The notes: generated from the sequence alone by a model not told the origin. Positions 51,190-61,490 are shown, numbered from the stretch's first letter. The stretch: 64,000 nucleotides of DNA from Candidatus Alcyoniella australis (GCA_030765605.1 JAVCCG010000133.1:12086-76085), one strand, 5' to 3'. A program made the numbers and translations.

Positions 51190-52479
51190 CTAGAAGCCGA
51201 AGGAGAAGGTCAGTGCGCCGGTGTGGACTGTGCCCTCGCTCTGGAATTTGTAGCCGTCCGAGGTCTTGGTGGTCCGCGGAACCAGGTAGTGGAACTGGTA
51301 GGCCAGGTCGACCTTGATCGGCTGATTGAGCTTGGGAACGTCGATCCAACTGAAGCCGTATCCCAGGGAGGCGGCGTGCTTGTCGTTGTCCACGATCACG
51401 AAGCCCAACACGTTGGGCATGTCCTCGTAGGGCCGGTAGGTGCCGATGCCGTCCACTGGGGTCATGTCGTAGAAGTAGCCCGCGCGCAGGGTGTGGGCCT
51501 CGCTGATGTTCCACTCGATCCCTAGGCGCGGCACGAATGTGTCGCGGAAGTCGAACTGCGAATCGCGCCGGGCGTCGTCCTTCTCCTCGACGATGTCGAC
51601 AAAACGCGACCACTGGTGCCAGGTGAAGTCAAAGGCCAGCAGCAGCTCCGGGGAGATGTCGTAGGCCACGCCCAGGGCGACCTGCATCGGGATGAACGCG
51701 TCGCGGTAGCTCAGCTTGAGCGGCAGGGTCGCCAGCGGCGAGCCGCCCACCGTGGCCAGGGTGTCGGCGGTGATCGGTCCCATCTCGCCGAAGTTCTCCG
51801 CGCGCCAGGTCAGCCCGATGTTGATCGGCTCCAGCCGCACCAGCGCCGAGACGATCGGCGTGGGGTAGGTGTCGGAGCCCAGGCTCATCGATTCGTTGGT
51901 GGCGTTGCCGCCCAGGTCGGTGTTGACCGCCAAGGCCGTGCCGCCGTGAAGTTGCAATATAATTCCCGCGCCCAGGTTGAGCATCGGGATCACCTCGATC
52001 CCCGCGCCGGCGACGATCGCCGCGCTGGTCGAGCCGTAACGCAGAAACTGGCCGTCGTCCGAGCGCCGATCCTCAAAGCGGATGAACGCCTTGCCGTTCT
52101 CGTCGATGGTCAGTCCCAGGCCGAAGCCCAGGCCGCGGCCGCTGGTGAACAGCTTGTGCATGTCCAGGCTCATCCCCACGGTGACGACCTCGTTGGACGA
52201 GTCGAACTCCATCTTGCCGCCCGGACCCTCGCTGCTCAGGAACGGAGCGCCGTAGATGTAGCCCAGTCCCACGCGGCTGCTTTTGGGGATCGCCAGGCTG
52301 GCCGGGTTGAAGAACACCGCCCCCACGTCGTCGGTCACCGCGGTCAACGCGTTGGCCATGCCCACACCGCGCGCCGAGAGGCCGTAGGTGTTGGGAACGT
52401 AACTCAGCCCGGCCACGGCCGAAGTGGCCATGACGAACAAAGCCGCCGCACAGATCAGCAAGCAAATCCGAATTCTCAC
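51190..52479 (-). CDS. FadL/OmpP1 family outer-membrane hydrophobic-compound channel
   Basis: GLSARGVGMANA, FFNPASL hatch motif, beta-barrel strands, C-terminal Phe. Confidence 0.85.
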   Translation of the reverse strand: MRIRICLLICAAALFVMATSAVAGLSYVPNTYGLSARGVGMANALTAVTDDVGAVFFNPASLAIPKSSRVGLGYIYGAPFLSSEGPGGKMEFDSSNEVVTVGMSLDMHKLFTSGRGLGFGLGLTIDENGKAFIRFEDRRSDDGQFLRYGSTSAAIVAGAGIEVIPMLNLGAGIILQLHGGTALAVNTDLGGNATNESMSLGSDTYPTPIVSALVRLEPINIGLTWRAENFGEMGPITADTLATVGGSPLATLPLKLSYRDAFIPMQVALGVAYDISPELLLAFDFTWHQWSRFVDIVEEKDDARRDSQFDFRDTFVPRLGIEWNISEAHTLRAGYFYDMTPVDGIGTYRPYEDMPNVLGFVIVDNDKHAASLGYGFSWIDVPKLNQPIKVDLAYQFHYLVPRTTKTSDGYKFQSEGTVHTGALTFSFGF

Positions 52480-52861
52480 AACGCTCCTCCAGTGAATGAC
52501 CCTGATGCGGGCACAAGTGCTGTAAGTTCTAGGTCAATGATCCCCGGTGCAGGGACCGACGCCACTCTTCGCATTCAAGTGCGGTATTCTAATAAGTTCA
52601 AGATTAAGAATCTACCTTGAGCGGCGTTGAGCCGTCATAAAACCCGCGGTGCATTCAAGGTGCAGCAAGCACGTGCAGCACCAAGGTCGCAATGCATTGA
52701 CGCGCTCCGTGATGCGAAAAGGATCATTGGGAAACGACCAGATGAATGCGCGAGCATCGCGGCAACCTAAAGTCGCCCGAATCGATAGCGGGAACTCCAT
52801 GAAGACCACGGGCCAAGAATGACAATTTGGCGGGGTGCTGGATCAACAGCAACTCTGATCT

Positions 52862-53587
52862 CTAGCGGCGCAGATTCGAAAGCGGTTCCCATTGGCCGTT
52901 GGCTGTCCGGTATTTCCAGAGGTTCCAACCGTTCACATTGCGGCGGCAGACAGCCCGCCCTGCGCCCGAGGGGGTGTTGTAGAGTGCTCCGTTGAACTGG
53001 ATTCTTCCGCTGTACAACACATGTGCCTTGTACTCTTTTCCCTTGTACGTGGCCTTGATCGTCTTGCCAGATAACAGCCCTTTGAGAACAGGCTTGGCGC
53101 TCTTTGCTTTTATCCTGGAAGTTGCTCCCTTTTTCCCCTTGCCCTTGGGATTTTGCGCGTTGGATCGTTTGTTGCCAAAAATGATATCTTCTTCTCGGCG
53201 TTTGACCTCCTGGTATCTGCTCTTCAAAACCTTTTTCAGATCCTCCGAGTTTTTCAACTTGCCCAAGGAAATATTTGCTTTGGGGTTGGCAATGCGCAAC
53301 ACGAAGGTTTCAAGCTCTCTCATATGCTCGGACTTGCGGGTGATATAGAGACTGAAGTGATCCCATTTCCCTGCCAGCTTATCTCGCTGGTGTTGCTTAA
53401 GGCGTTTTTTAAGGTCGCGGGCCAGGCCGACGTAGACCAGTCGGTGGTTCTTTCCTTTATATAGGGCATATATCCCATGTTGTTCGCCGATCAACTCTGC
53501 GATTAACTCAGGGTATTTCTGGAAGACGGTGCTGGTAATCAGCTCGAGGTGCCCGGTAATAAGCGTCTGCGAGAAAAAGCTGAGCAT
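52862..53587 (-). CDS. GIY-YIG nuclease domain + RAMA-like domain protein
   Basis: GIYALY..VYVG..LKKRLKQH, ELE, N; C-terminal YKGKEYKA..GRIQFNGALYNTPSGAG..NGWNLW; AT-richer than its neighbours. Confidence 0.7.
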   Translation of the reverse strand: MLSFFSQTLITGHLELITSTVFQKYPELIAELIGEQHGIYALYKGKNHRLVYVGLARDLKKRLKQHQRDKLAGKWDHFSLYITRKSEHMRELETFVLRIANPKANISLGKLKNSEDLKKVLKSRYQEVKRREEDIIFGNKRSNAQNPKGKGKKGATSRIKAKSAKPVLKGLLSGKTIKATYKGKEYKAHVLYSGRIQFNGALYNTPSGAGRAVCRRNVNGWNLWKYRTANGQWEPLSNLRR

Positions 53588-53765
53588 TACTTACCTCCCC
53601 CAAGGCGATCTGGTTTTAACGATTAACTTATTAGTAATCTAAACATCCTTGATACGTCAATTGGCGGCGCTGAAAATGCTACAGAGATTCGATATTGCCT
53701 GCATCCGTCTTGCCCTATGATTCAGCTCATGTAGACTCCCGCGATTCGGCAGGAGAATCTGATAC

Positions 53766-55889
53766 GTGGACTTGATAGAGCACAGCTACCGAATTTTGGG
53801 TATGGACTGCCCGTCGTGCGCGTCCAAGGTCGAGCGCACGTTGGCTCAGGTCGATGGCGTGCAGTCCGCGTTTTGCGATGCGACTTCGGGTTGGCTCAAG
53901 GTTCGGCTGAGCAACGAGGAGGCTGCCCAACGGGTCGAGCGCGCGGTGCGCGGCCTGGGCTACCAGCTCAGTGGCGAGGGCGGACGCCAGAATGTTCGGG
54001 AACAGGAACAGGGCGATCTGCGCGGACAGACGATCCAGGTGCTCTCGGCGTTGTACCTGATCGTGCTCGCCGCACTGGGCGGAGTGCTGTCGATCCCCGC
54101 TCAATACACGGTGCCGTTGTACGTGGTGGCAATACTGATCGGCGGCGCGCGGATCTTCCTCAAAGCTTTCGGGTCGGTGCGCAGGCTCGACCTGGACATG
54201 AACGTGTTGATGAGCGTGGCCGTAATCGGCGCGGCGATCCTCGGCGAATGGTTCGAGGGCGCGGCGGTAGTCTCGCTGTTCTCCTTGGCCGAGCTGCTCG
54301 AGGCGCGCAGCATGCGTCGCGCCCGCGGCGAGATCGGCAAGCTACTCGATTTGGCGCCGCCGATCGCGGTGGTCAGGCGTCGCGGGTACGAGCTGGAGTT
54401 GCCCGCGGACAAGGTCGAGATCGGCGAGACGGTACTGGTCAAGCCCGGCCAGCGCATCCCGGTCGACGGCGTGGTTTCCGGCGGAGCGTCCGAGGTCAAC
54501 CAGGCGCCGATCACCGGCGAGTCCAAGATGGTCGATCGCTACAAGGGCGACGAGGTGTTCGCCGGCACGCTCAACGGCTCGGGCTTTCTCGAGATCACCA
54601 GCACCCACCGCGCGCAAGATACCGTGCTCTCGCGAATCATCCATCTGGTCGAGCAGGCCCAGGAATCGCGCGCACCGGTGCAGCGCACGGTCGAGCGCTT
54701 CGCCCGGATCTACACGCCGCTGGTGATCGTCGCGGCGCTGCTGGTCTTCTTGCTGCCGCCGCTGCTGCAGGGCGGCGCGTGGGCCGACTGGTTCTACCGC
54801 GCGCTGGTGTTGCTGGTAATCGCCTGTCCCTGCGCCCTGGTGATCTCCACACCCGTGGCGATTATCACCGGCCTGACCGCCGCGGCGCGTAGCGGCGTGC
54901 TGATTAAAGGTGGATCGTTTCTCGAAGCTCTGGGCAAAATCGACGCGATGGCGCTGGACAAGACCGGTACCCTGACTTTTGGCGAGCCACGGCTGACAGA
55001 TGTGATCCCGCTGACCGGAATGCGTGAACGCGAGCTGATGCTGATCGCCGCGGCGCTGGAGAAGCGCTCGGAGCATCCGCTGGCCAGGGCGATCCGCGCC
55101 AGGGCGATGGAGATGGGATTGGCCGTGCCCGACCCCGAGCAGTTCAAGAGCATTCCGGGATTGGGAGCGCACTGTGTGATCGAGGGCCAAGGCTACACCA
55201 TCGGCTCCCATCGCATGCTGCACAACAGCGGACTGTGCAACAAGGATCTGCACAAGCAGGTCGAGCATCTTGAGCTCAGCGGCAACAGTGTGTTGCTGCT
55301 CAGCAGCGAGCAGGAACCGCTGGCGATCCTGCTGGTCTCGGACAACATGCGACCCGAGGCTCCCCGGGCAATGCAGGAGCTCAAACGCGCGGGGATCAAA
55401 CGCCTGGCCTTGCTCACCGGCGACAACCAGGAGAGCGCCGAGGGCGTGGCCTACAACGCGGGCATCGACGAGATCTACTCCAACCTGCTGCCCGAGGATA
55501 AGCTCGAGCAGATCTACCAGCTAAAACGCCGTTACCACATGGTCGGCATGGTCGGCGACGGGGTCAACGACGCCCCGGCCCTGGCCGCTTCCTCGGTCGG
55601 ATTCGCCATGGGCGCGGCCGGAACCGACGTGGCCATCGAGTCCGCCGACGTGGCGCTGCTCTCGGACGACCTGTTCGGGCTGGCGCGGGCGGTACGCCTG
55701 GGCCGACGCACCCTGACGGTGATCAGGCAGAACGTGGCCCTGGCGATCGGCATCAAGGCCGTGGTGTTCGCCCTGGCATTGCTCGGAGTGGCGACGCTCT
55801 GGCTGGCGGTTCTGGCCGACATGGGCGCCAGTCTGCTGGTGGTGGCCAACAGCTTAAAGTTGATAAAAGAAGACAACATCAAGCCGTAG
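53766..55889 (+). CDS. P1B-type heavy-metal ATPase (CadA/ZntA-like)
   Basis: GMDCPSC, TGES, CPC, DKTGT, SEHP, GDGVNDAPAL, LADMG. Confidence 0.93.
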   Translation: MDLIEHSYRILGMDCPSCASKVERTLAQVDGVQSAFCDATSGWLKVRLSNEEAAQRVERAVRGLGYQLSGEGGRQNVREQEQGDLRGQTIQVLSALYLIVLAALGGVLSIPAQYTVPLYVVAILIGGARIFLKAFGSVRRLDLDMNVLMSVAVIGAAILGEWFEGAAVVSLFSLAELLEARSMRRARGEIGKLLDLAPPIAVVRRRGYELELPADKVEIGETVLVKPGQRIPVDGVVSGGASEVNQAPITGESKMVDRYKGDEVFAGTLNGSGFLEITSTHRAQDTVLSRIIHLVEQAQESRAPVQRTVERFARIYTPLVIVAALLVFLLPPLLQGGAWADWFYRALVLLVIACPCALVISTPVAIITGLTAAARSGVLIKGGSFLEALGKIDAMALDKTGTLTFGEPRLTDVIPLTGMRERELMLIAAALEKRSEHPLARAIRARAMEMGLAVPDPEQFKSIPGLGAHCVIEGQGYTIGSHRMLHNSGLCNKDLHKQVEHLELSGNSVLLLSSEQEPLAILLVSDNMRPEAPRAMQELKRAGIKRLALLTGDNQESAEGVAYNAGIDEIYSNLLPEDKLEQIYQLKRRYHMVGMVGDGVNDAPALAASSVGFAMGAAGTDVAIESADVALLSDDLFGLARAVRLGRRTLTVIRQNVALAIGIKAVVFALALLGVATLWLAVLADMGASLLVVANSLKLIKEDNIKP

Positions 55890-56026
55890 CGCTCGGCACT
55901 TCATTGTAATACAAAACTAAATATGATTATAATACGACCCATGTATATGTTTTTCTCTTGACCTGCGTTTTCGATGTGGGATAATTAAAGGCCCTCTCTA
56001 AAAACCTTAAACCGAAGAGTGGACCA

Positions 56027-56728
56027 ATGTTCACAAGAGACGGCTGTCGCTGCAGGATTCGTATCAGGGCGCGTTTTGGCTTGAACAAACCCTCGGTGCT
56101 TGGCGTTACCAAGAACGTGTCGAGCAAGGGCCTGGCCCTGGACGCGCCGATGTATTTTGATACCGACCAGCAGCTAGCGCTGTTGCTCGATTGGCACAGC
56201 GGGGCGATCTCCGAGGTTGGCCGCGTGCGGTGGTTTGCCGGGCAGCGTTTTACCAACTCGGGACGTCCGGAGTTCGGCCTGCAGCTCATCGAGCCCAATC
56301 AGGGCTACCTCAAAATGCTCGAGGAGGTGGTCTACCTCAGCTATGTGCGCGAGCGCAACGGCGGCGTGCGTTACGTCAATCCCGTGCGACTGACCTGTTG
56401 CAATACCCGGCAATTGATCGATCAGTACGACCGCAACATCCACCAGGGCGGGATGTTCGTACCCACGCGCCATCCGCTGCACGAGGGGGCCCAGGTCGGA
56501 TTGCACCTGATTATGCTCGACACGATGGAGCTGTTGGAGCTCGGCGGCCGCGTGGTCAGCACGGTCGACGCCGAGACCGCCCAGCGGCTGGACGTACAAC
56601 CGGGCATGCAAGTCCGCATTGAAAGCTTCCCCGCCCAGGACAGCGAGCGGCTGCGCGAACACGTCGAGCGCCTACGCCAAGGCGACTTCGACGTCACCTC
56701 ACAGGACGAGACGGAACTCGCACCTTAA
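56027..56728 (+). CDS. Tandem PilZ-domain protein
   Basis: RxxxR plus NVSSKG and NIHQGGMF motifs; TTGACC-17-GATAAT promoter upstream. Confidence 0.7.
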   Translation: MFTRDGCRCRIRIRARFGLNKPSVLGVTKNVSSKGLALDAPMYFDTDQQLALLLDWHSGAISEVGRVRWFAGQRFTNSGRPEFGLQLIEPNQGYLKMLEEVVYLSYVRERNGGVRYVNPVRLTCCNTRQLIDQYDRNIHQGGMFVPTRHPLHEGAQVGLHLIMLDTMELLELGGRVVSTVDAETAQRLDVQPGMQVRIESFPAQDSERLREHVERLRQGDFDVTSQDETELAP

Positions 56729-56806
56729 AAGCAGACACATTGTTAAACGATGCTCTCCGCGACGCGGGGTGGATCGTTGGTCAACGACCAGCGTACTGCG
56801 CGAGCT
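56715..56806. repeat. Family B repeat, internally shortened copy
   Basis: AACTCGCAC..CATTGTTAAACG and CGACGCGGGGTGGATCGTTGG..CCAGCGTACTGCGCGAG match the two arms of 24718-24892. Confidence 0.7.
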
Positions 56807-57830
56807 ATGAGCTGTCGACGCGCACGATCCCCATCAGCTCGTCCTTGAACTCGCGTTTGAGTAGATCGCGCAACGCGTCTTGGAGCGGCTTGTCCTCGTG
56901 CAGCACCTTATAGACCTGTTCGGTGATCGGCATGTCCACGCCAAGCTGCTGCGACAGCCGATACCCGGCCTTGGCCGCGTAATACCCTTCGACCACCGCT
57001 CCCTGGGACTCGATGATTTCCAGCGGGCCTTCGCCGCGGGCCACGCGCTTGCCGAAGGTGCGATTGCGCGACAGCTCGCCGGTGCAGGTCAGCACCAGGT
57101 CGCCGATTCCGGCCAGACCCAGGAAGGTCAGCGGGTTGGCCCCTTTGGCCACTCCCAGGCGCGTGACTTCGGCCAGCCCGCGGGTGATCAACGCGGCGCG
57201 GGTGTTTAGCCCCAGCCCCATGCCGTCGATGCCGCCGGCGGCAATGGCGATCACGTTCTTAATTGTGGCGCCGACCTGCACGCCGATGGGGTCGTCGCTG
57301 GTGTAGACGCGGAAGAACGGCGTGTGGAACTGCTGTTGCAGCTGTTTGGCCACGGCGTTGTCGAGCGCCGCGAGCACCACGTCGGTGGGCTGACCCTCGG
57401 CCACCTCGCGGGCGAAGCTCGGGCCGCTGAGCACGGCGATGCGCGCGGCGCGTTGGGGATCGAGCATCCCGACGAGCACCTCGGTCATCAGTTCCAGGGT
57501 CTGCTCCTCGAGCCCCTTGGTCAAAATCACCAGCGGCGCATCGTGCGGCGTGTGCTCGACCGCCTTGGACGCCACGGCGCGGAAGTGGTTTGACGGGCAG
57601 GCCAGCACCACGATTTGCACGTCGCAGGCCTTGGCCATCTCGGCGGTCGGTGTGACGGTTTCCGGGATCTCGATCCCCGGAAGGTACAGGTCGTTCTCGC
57701 GAGTTTGGCGCATGGTCTGCACCAGGTCGGGCTCAAAGGCCCAGAGCCTTACCGCGTGGCCGTTCTTAGCCAGCTGCACTGCGAACGCGGTTCCCCAAGC
57801 GCCGGCTCCCACGACTCCGATTACGGCCAT
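56805..57830 (-). CDS. gpsA: NAD(P)H-dependent glycerol-3-phosphate dehydrogenase
   Basis: GAGAWGTA, SGPSFA, KNVIAIA, GLAGIGDLVLTC, SRNR. Confidence 0.96.
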   Translation of the reverse strand: MAVIGVVGAGAWGTAFAVQLAKNGHAVRLWAFEPDLVQTMRQTRENDLYLPGIEIPETVTPTAEMAKACDVQIVVLACPSNHFRAVASKAVEHTPHDAPLVILTKGLEEQTLELMTEVLVGMLDPQRAARIAVLSGPSFAREVAEGQPTDVVLAALDNAVAKQLQQQFHTPFFRVYTSDDPIGVQVGATIKNVIAIAAGGIDGMGLGLNTRAALITRGLAEVTRLGVAKGANPLTFLGLAGIGDLVLTCTGELSRNRTFGKRVARGEGPLEIIESQGAVVEGYYAAKAGYRLSQQLGVDMPITEQVYKVLHEDKPLQDALRDLLKREFKDELMGIVRVDSS

Positions 57831-57881
57831 CGTCGATCCTCCTGTATCTGGAACATCGACAGTATACATCCCGGTTCCCCC

Positions 57882-58062
57882 AGCCTGAATTATTCATGAA
57901 GCTTCTGCTGCGGCGCACAATCTGCTCGCAATAACGGTGTCATCCTCGCTGATCCGTCCTCGACGTACCGCAGAGGGTACGCCTGCGGAGTATCGACTCG
58001 GCTTCCTTGTTCTTGCGGCATCTTGTACGCCTCGCGACGAACCCTCATGAATAATTCAGGCT
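57882..58062. repeat. MITE-like element, family A, copy 3
   Basis: Perfect 18-bp arms AGCCTGAATTATTCATGA / TCATGAATAATTCAGGCT; interior similar to copies 1 and 2. Confidence 0.85.
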
Positions 58063-58128
58063 TGGTCGAGAAATTGATGGGTGCACGGCGCTTGCGGTTC
58101 GCCAGCGGCTTGGGCGATGCTGGGCCCG

Positions 58129-59133
58129 ATGCGGATCACCGTTGTTATCCCGTTTCGCAATGCCGAGGCCACCATCGAGCGTTGCGTCGAGCGCCTGCGC
58201 TCCTCGTCGCGTCCGCCGGACGAGATCGTGCTGGTCGACGACGCGAGCGAGGATCAAGGCTTCGAGCGCCTATCGCAGATCGACGGGCTGATCCACATTC
58301 GCAATCTCGATCCGCGCGGTGCGGCATATGCGCGCAACGTCGGGGCCGCGGCCGGCAGCGGCGACGTGCTGCTGTTCGTGGATGCCGACGTGCTGGCGCA
58401 GCCCGACGCCATCGAGTTGATCGAGCGTCGCCTTGAGCAGGACCCGACGCTTGGCGGCGTGTTCGGCGCCTACACCGCGCACACCGAGCCGCGTAATTTC
58501 GCCTCGGTCTACAAGAACCTGGTGCATCACTACACCCACCGGCAAAGCGCCGGGCCGATAGACACCTTCTGGGCGGGCTGCGGCGCGTTGCGGCGCGAGG
58601 CGTTCCAGGCAGTGGGCGGGTTCGACCAAAGTTTTGCCGCGGCCAGCGTGGAAGACATCGACCTGGGATACCGGCTGAGCGCCGCGGGGATTAAGGTCGA
58701 GATCGATCCGCGCATCCAGGTCACGCACGTCAAGCGCTACACCCTGGCCGGGTTGATCATCAGCGACCTGAAATTCCGCGCCGTGCCCTGGACCGCGCTG
58801 ATGGTCCGTCGCCGCCGTTTTACCCCGGTGCTCAACCTCAAGCCGCACAATCTGATCGCCGCGGGATTGGCCGCGGCCGCGCTGCCGGTGCTGGCCGCGC
58901 TGCTGCTGTTGGGGCTGTGGACCTGGGCCGTTGCGCTGCTCGGCGCGACTCTGATCGGCTGGGCAGCGCTCAACCGCGGGCTGCTGGGATTTGTGTTGCG
59001 CACCCGCGGGTTGCCCTTCGCCGCGAGGTTCGCGCTGATGCATTTGCTGAGTCACGTCTACAGCGCGCTGGGGTTGGCCGTGGGCCTGCTGATGGCGGCT
59101 TTGAGCCGCCCGCAAAACTCGCGTCCTGCGTAG
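58129..59133 (+). CDS. Glycosyltransferase family 2 with C-terminal TM helices
   Basis: VVIPFRN, VDDASED, FVDADV, GGFD, EDIDLGYRL. Confidence 0.9.
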   Translation: MRITVVIPFRNAEATIERCVERLRSSSRPPDEIVLVDDASEDQGFERLSQIDGLIHIRNLDPRGAAYARNVGAAAGSGDVLLFVDADVLAQPDAIELIERRLEQDPTLGGVFGAYTAHTEPRNFASVYKNLVHHYTHRQSAGPIDTFWAGCGALRREAFQAVGGFDQSFAAASVEDIDLGYRLSAAGIKVEIDPRIQVTHVKRYTLAGLIISDLKFRAVPWTALMVRRRRFTPVLNLKPHNLIAAGLAAAALPVLAALLLLGLWTWAVALLGATLIGWAALNRGLLGFVLRTRGLPFAARFALMHLLSHVYSALGLAVGLLMAALSRPQNSRPA

Positions 59134-59261
59134 GTCGTTGAGCAACGATCCTCCCCGCGTCGCGCAGAGCGTTTAATCTTTTTGCAAGACCGGCAGCAGG
59201 GGATCCGTAAACGGTTCAGGCTAATGGCCCCCTTTCCCAACGTGAGCTAAGATCGGGTGCA

Positions 59262-59720
59262 ATGGAAGAGCAGGGAACAGTAATCGAGATACAGGGTGAG
59301 CTGGCTGTGGTCCAGGCGCGGCGGGGACAGGCCTGCCAGGGCTGTCACGCCGAGGCCGGCGGGCACTGCGGCTGCGAGATGCTCGGGCCGGAGAAGAAGC
59401 TGATGCACCTGCGCGCGCTCAACCGCGCCGGGGCTCGTAAGGGCGATACGGTGGAGGTATCGGTGGGCGCGCCTAACGTGCTCAAGGTCAGCGCGCTGCT
59501 CTACATCACGCCGTTGATCGGACTGATCTGCGGGGCGCTGCTGGGCCGCACTCTGGCGTCCGCCATTGCCTTGGGGCTGCCCGAGGAGCTGGTTGTGGGC
59601 TTCAGCGGCATGCTCGGGATGGCGCTGGTCTTCGTCTTTTTAAGGCTGGTGCTGCGCAGGCTCGAGACCAACGCGGAGTACGTTCCGGTGGTCACCCGCG
59701 TAATCCACAGCGTCCCGTAG
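59262..59720 (+). CDS. RseC/MucC family protein
   Basis: MEEQGTV, CQGC..C..C, NRAGARKGDTV, LYITPL plus two TM helices. Confidence 0.85.
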   Translation: MEEQGTVIEIQGELAVVQARRGQACQGCHAEAGGHCGCEMLGPEKKLMHLRALNRAGARKGDTVEVSVGAPNVLKVSALLYITPLIGLICGALLGRTLASAIALGLPEELVVGFSGMLGMALVFVFLRLVLRRLETNAEYVPVVTRVIHSVP

Positions 59721-59738
59721 GGTTTATTCTGGATCGTA

Positions 59739-61490
59739 TTGCAGATGTCTTCGCAGCCAGCTGAGGGAACCGCCCGGTCGTTGTTGCCGTTGTGCCTGCT
59801 GATCGCGGCGCTGACCTGCCTGGCCTACCTGCCGACCCTGGCCGGCGACTTCGTCTGGGACGACTTGAGCCTGATCCGCGACAACCCGCATCTGGGGAAC
59901 CCGGCCAACCTACCGCGCTACTTCACCAACGACCTGGGGCGCTTCAACCAATTCCCGCATTCGATGAACTTCTATCGGCCGCTGCAGCCGTTGACCTTTT
60001 TTGTCGAATACCGGCTGTGGGGACTCAACCCGTTCGGCTTTCACCTGACCAACCTGTTGCTGCACATCTGCGCCAGCTTGGCGGCGTTTAAGCTGCTGCT
60101 GCTGCTCGCCCCGGGCCGCATTAAAGCTGCGGTGTTCGGCGCACTGCTGTTCGCATTACACCCGGTGCATGTTGAGCAGGTGGCGATGGTCGGCAACCGC
60201 GGCGGGCTGCTCGCAACGCTGTTTGTCCTGCTGAGTCTGATCTACGGCGTGCGCGCGCTTGGCGGCGAGCGCCGGGCCTACGCTTGGTCGCTGATTACGA
60301 TGACTCTGGCGCTGTTGTCCAAGGAAAGCGCCATCGTGTTGCCCGCGCTGCTGATGCTCTGCGCGCTGATCTTCCACCGCGAGCTGTGGCGCCGCGGGAC
60401 GCGCGGCAAGCTGGCGCTGTTCGCCGCGGGCCACTGGCTGCTGGCCGCAGCCTACCTGGCTTGGCGCTCGCTGCTGGGTATCGCGCTGGTGGGCCAGGGC
60501 AGCGGCTTGGACCTGGGCAGGCAGCTGGCCGCGACCCCGCCGCTGCTGTTCGATCACCTGCGCGTGCTGCTGCTGCCGTTGTATCTGCGCCCCTACTACA
60601 GCATCGCCGCACAGAGCCCGGCCGCGACGCTGTGGTGGATCAAGCTCGCGGTGCTGATTCTGGTCGCCGTGCTGCTGTTGCTCGCGGCGCGACGTTCGCG
60701 GATCGCGGCCTTTGGCGTCGGATTTTACATTTTGAGCGTGGCGCCGTTTCTCAACGTGGCCTCGCTCAACAAGCTGTTCGTCGAGCACTATCTTTACTTG
60801 CCCAGCCTGGGCCTGGCCGCGTTGTGCACGGCCCTGCCGCTGGACCGTGCGTCGCGCTTTAGCAAAGCGATCGGCGCTTTGGTCGCAATCAACCTGCTGT
60901 TGTTCGGAGCGATCAGCTTCGACCGTAGCCTGGACTGGCGTAGCGACATTCGGCTCTGGACCCGGGCCGTGGCCACCGACCCGGGAAGCCCCGAGGCGTT
61001 CAACAATCTGGGCTCGGCCTATTACCAATTGGCCAAGGCCGGAGGCGAACGCTCGGATGAACGGTTGATCCTCGCCGCCGATGCGTTCAACCGCAGTCTG
61101 GAACTGTTCCCGGCCAACCCCGAGGCCGCCTACAACCTCGGCCTGTGCCAGTTGGCGCTGAACGATCCGACGGCGGCAATCGTCTCGATGCGTCACGCCC
61201 TGCGCTTTAACCCGGACTACGATCGGGCGTTGATCGGCCTGGGCCTGGCCGCGGTACGATCCGATATCGATAACGCCCATCAGGCGCTGGTCGGCATTGA
61301 TCAGCCCTATCGCGCGGCGTCGGTCCACCTGGGATTGGCAACGGGCTATGGCGGGGCCGGGCGCAACGACCTTGCCATCGAGCATTTCCGCGTGTTTCTG
61401 GACGGCGCCGCGCCGGATCATCCCCAACGCGAGCGCGTTGAGCGCCACTTGCTGTACCTGGTTGAGCGCCAAGAAAAGCTGCGAAATTAG
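59739..61490 (+). CDS. TMTC-like GT-C membrane protein with TPR repeats
   Basis: FVWDD, FYRPL, FHLTNLLLH, LFALHPVHVE, SKESA, EHYLYLPS; C-terminal TPRs. Confidence 0.8.
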   Translation: MQMSSQPAEGTARSLLPLCLLIAALTCLAYLPTLAGDFVWDDLSLIRDNPHLGNPANLPRYFTNDLGRFNQFPHSMNFYRPLQPLTFFVEYRLWGLNPFGFHLTNLLLHICASLAAFKLLLLLAPGRIKAAVFGALLFALHPVHVEQVAMVGNRGGLLATLFVLLSLIYGVRALGGERRAYAWSLITMTLALLSKESAIVLPALLMLCALIFHRELWRRGTRGKLALFAAGHWLLAAAYLAWRSLLGIALVGQGSGLDLGRQLAATPPLLFDHLRVLLLPLYLRPYYSIAAQSPAATLWWIKLAVLILVAVLLLLAARRSRIAAFGVGFYILSVAPFLNVASLNKLFVEHYLYLPSLGLAALCTALPLDRASRFSKAIGALVAINLLLFGAISFDRSLDWRSDIRLWTRAVATDPGSPEAFNNLGSAYYQLAKAGGERSDERLILAADAFNRSLELFPANPEAAYNLGLCQLALNDPTAAIVSMRHALRFNPDYDRALIGLGLAAVRSDIDNAHQALVGIDQPYRAASVHLGLATGYGGAGRNDLAIEHFRVFLDGAAPDHPQRERVERHLLYLVERQEKLRN

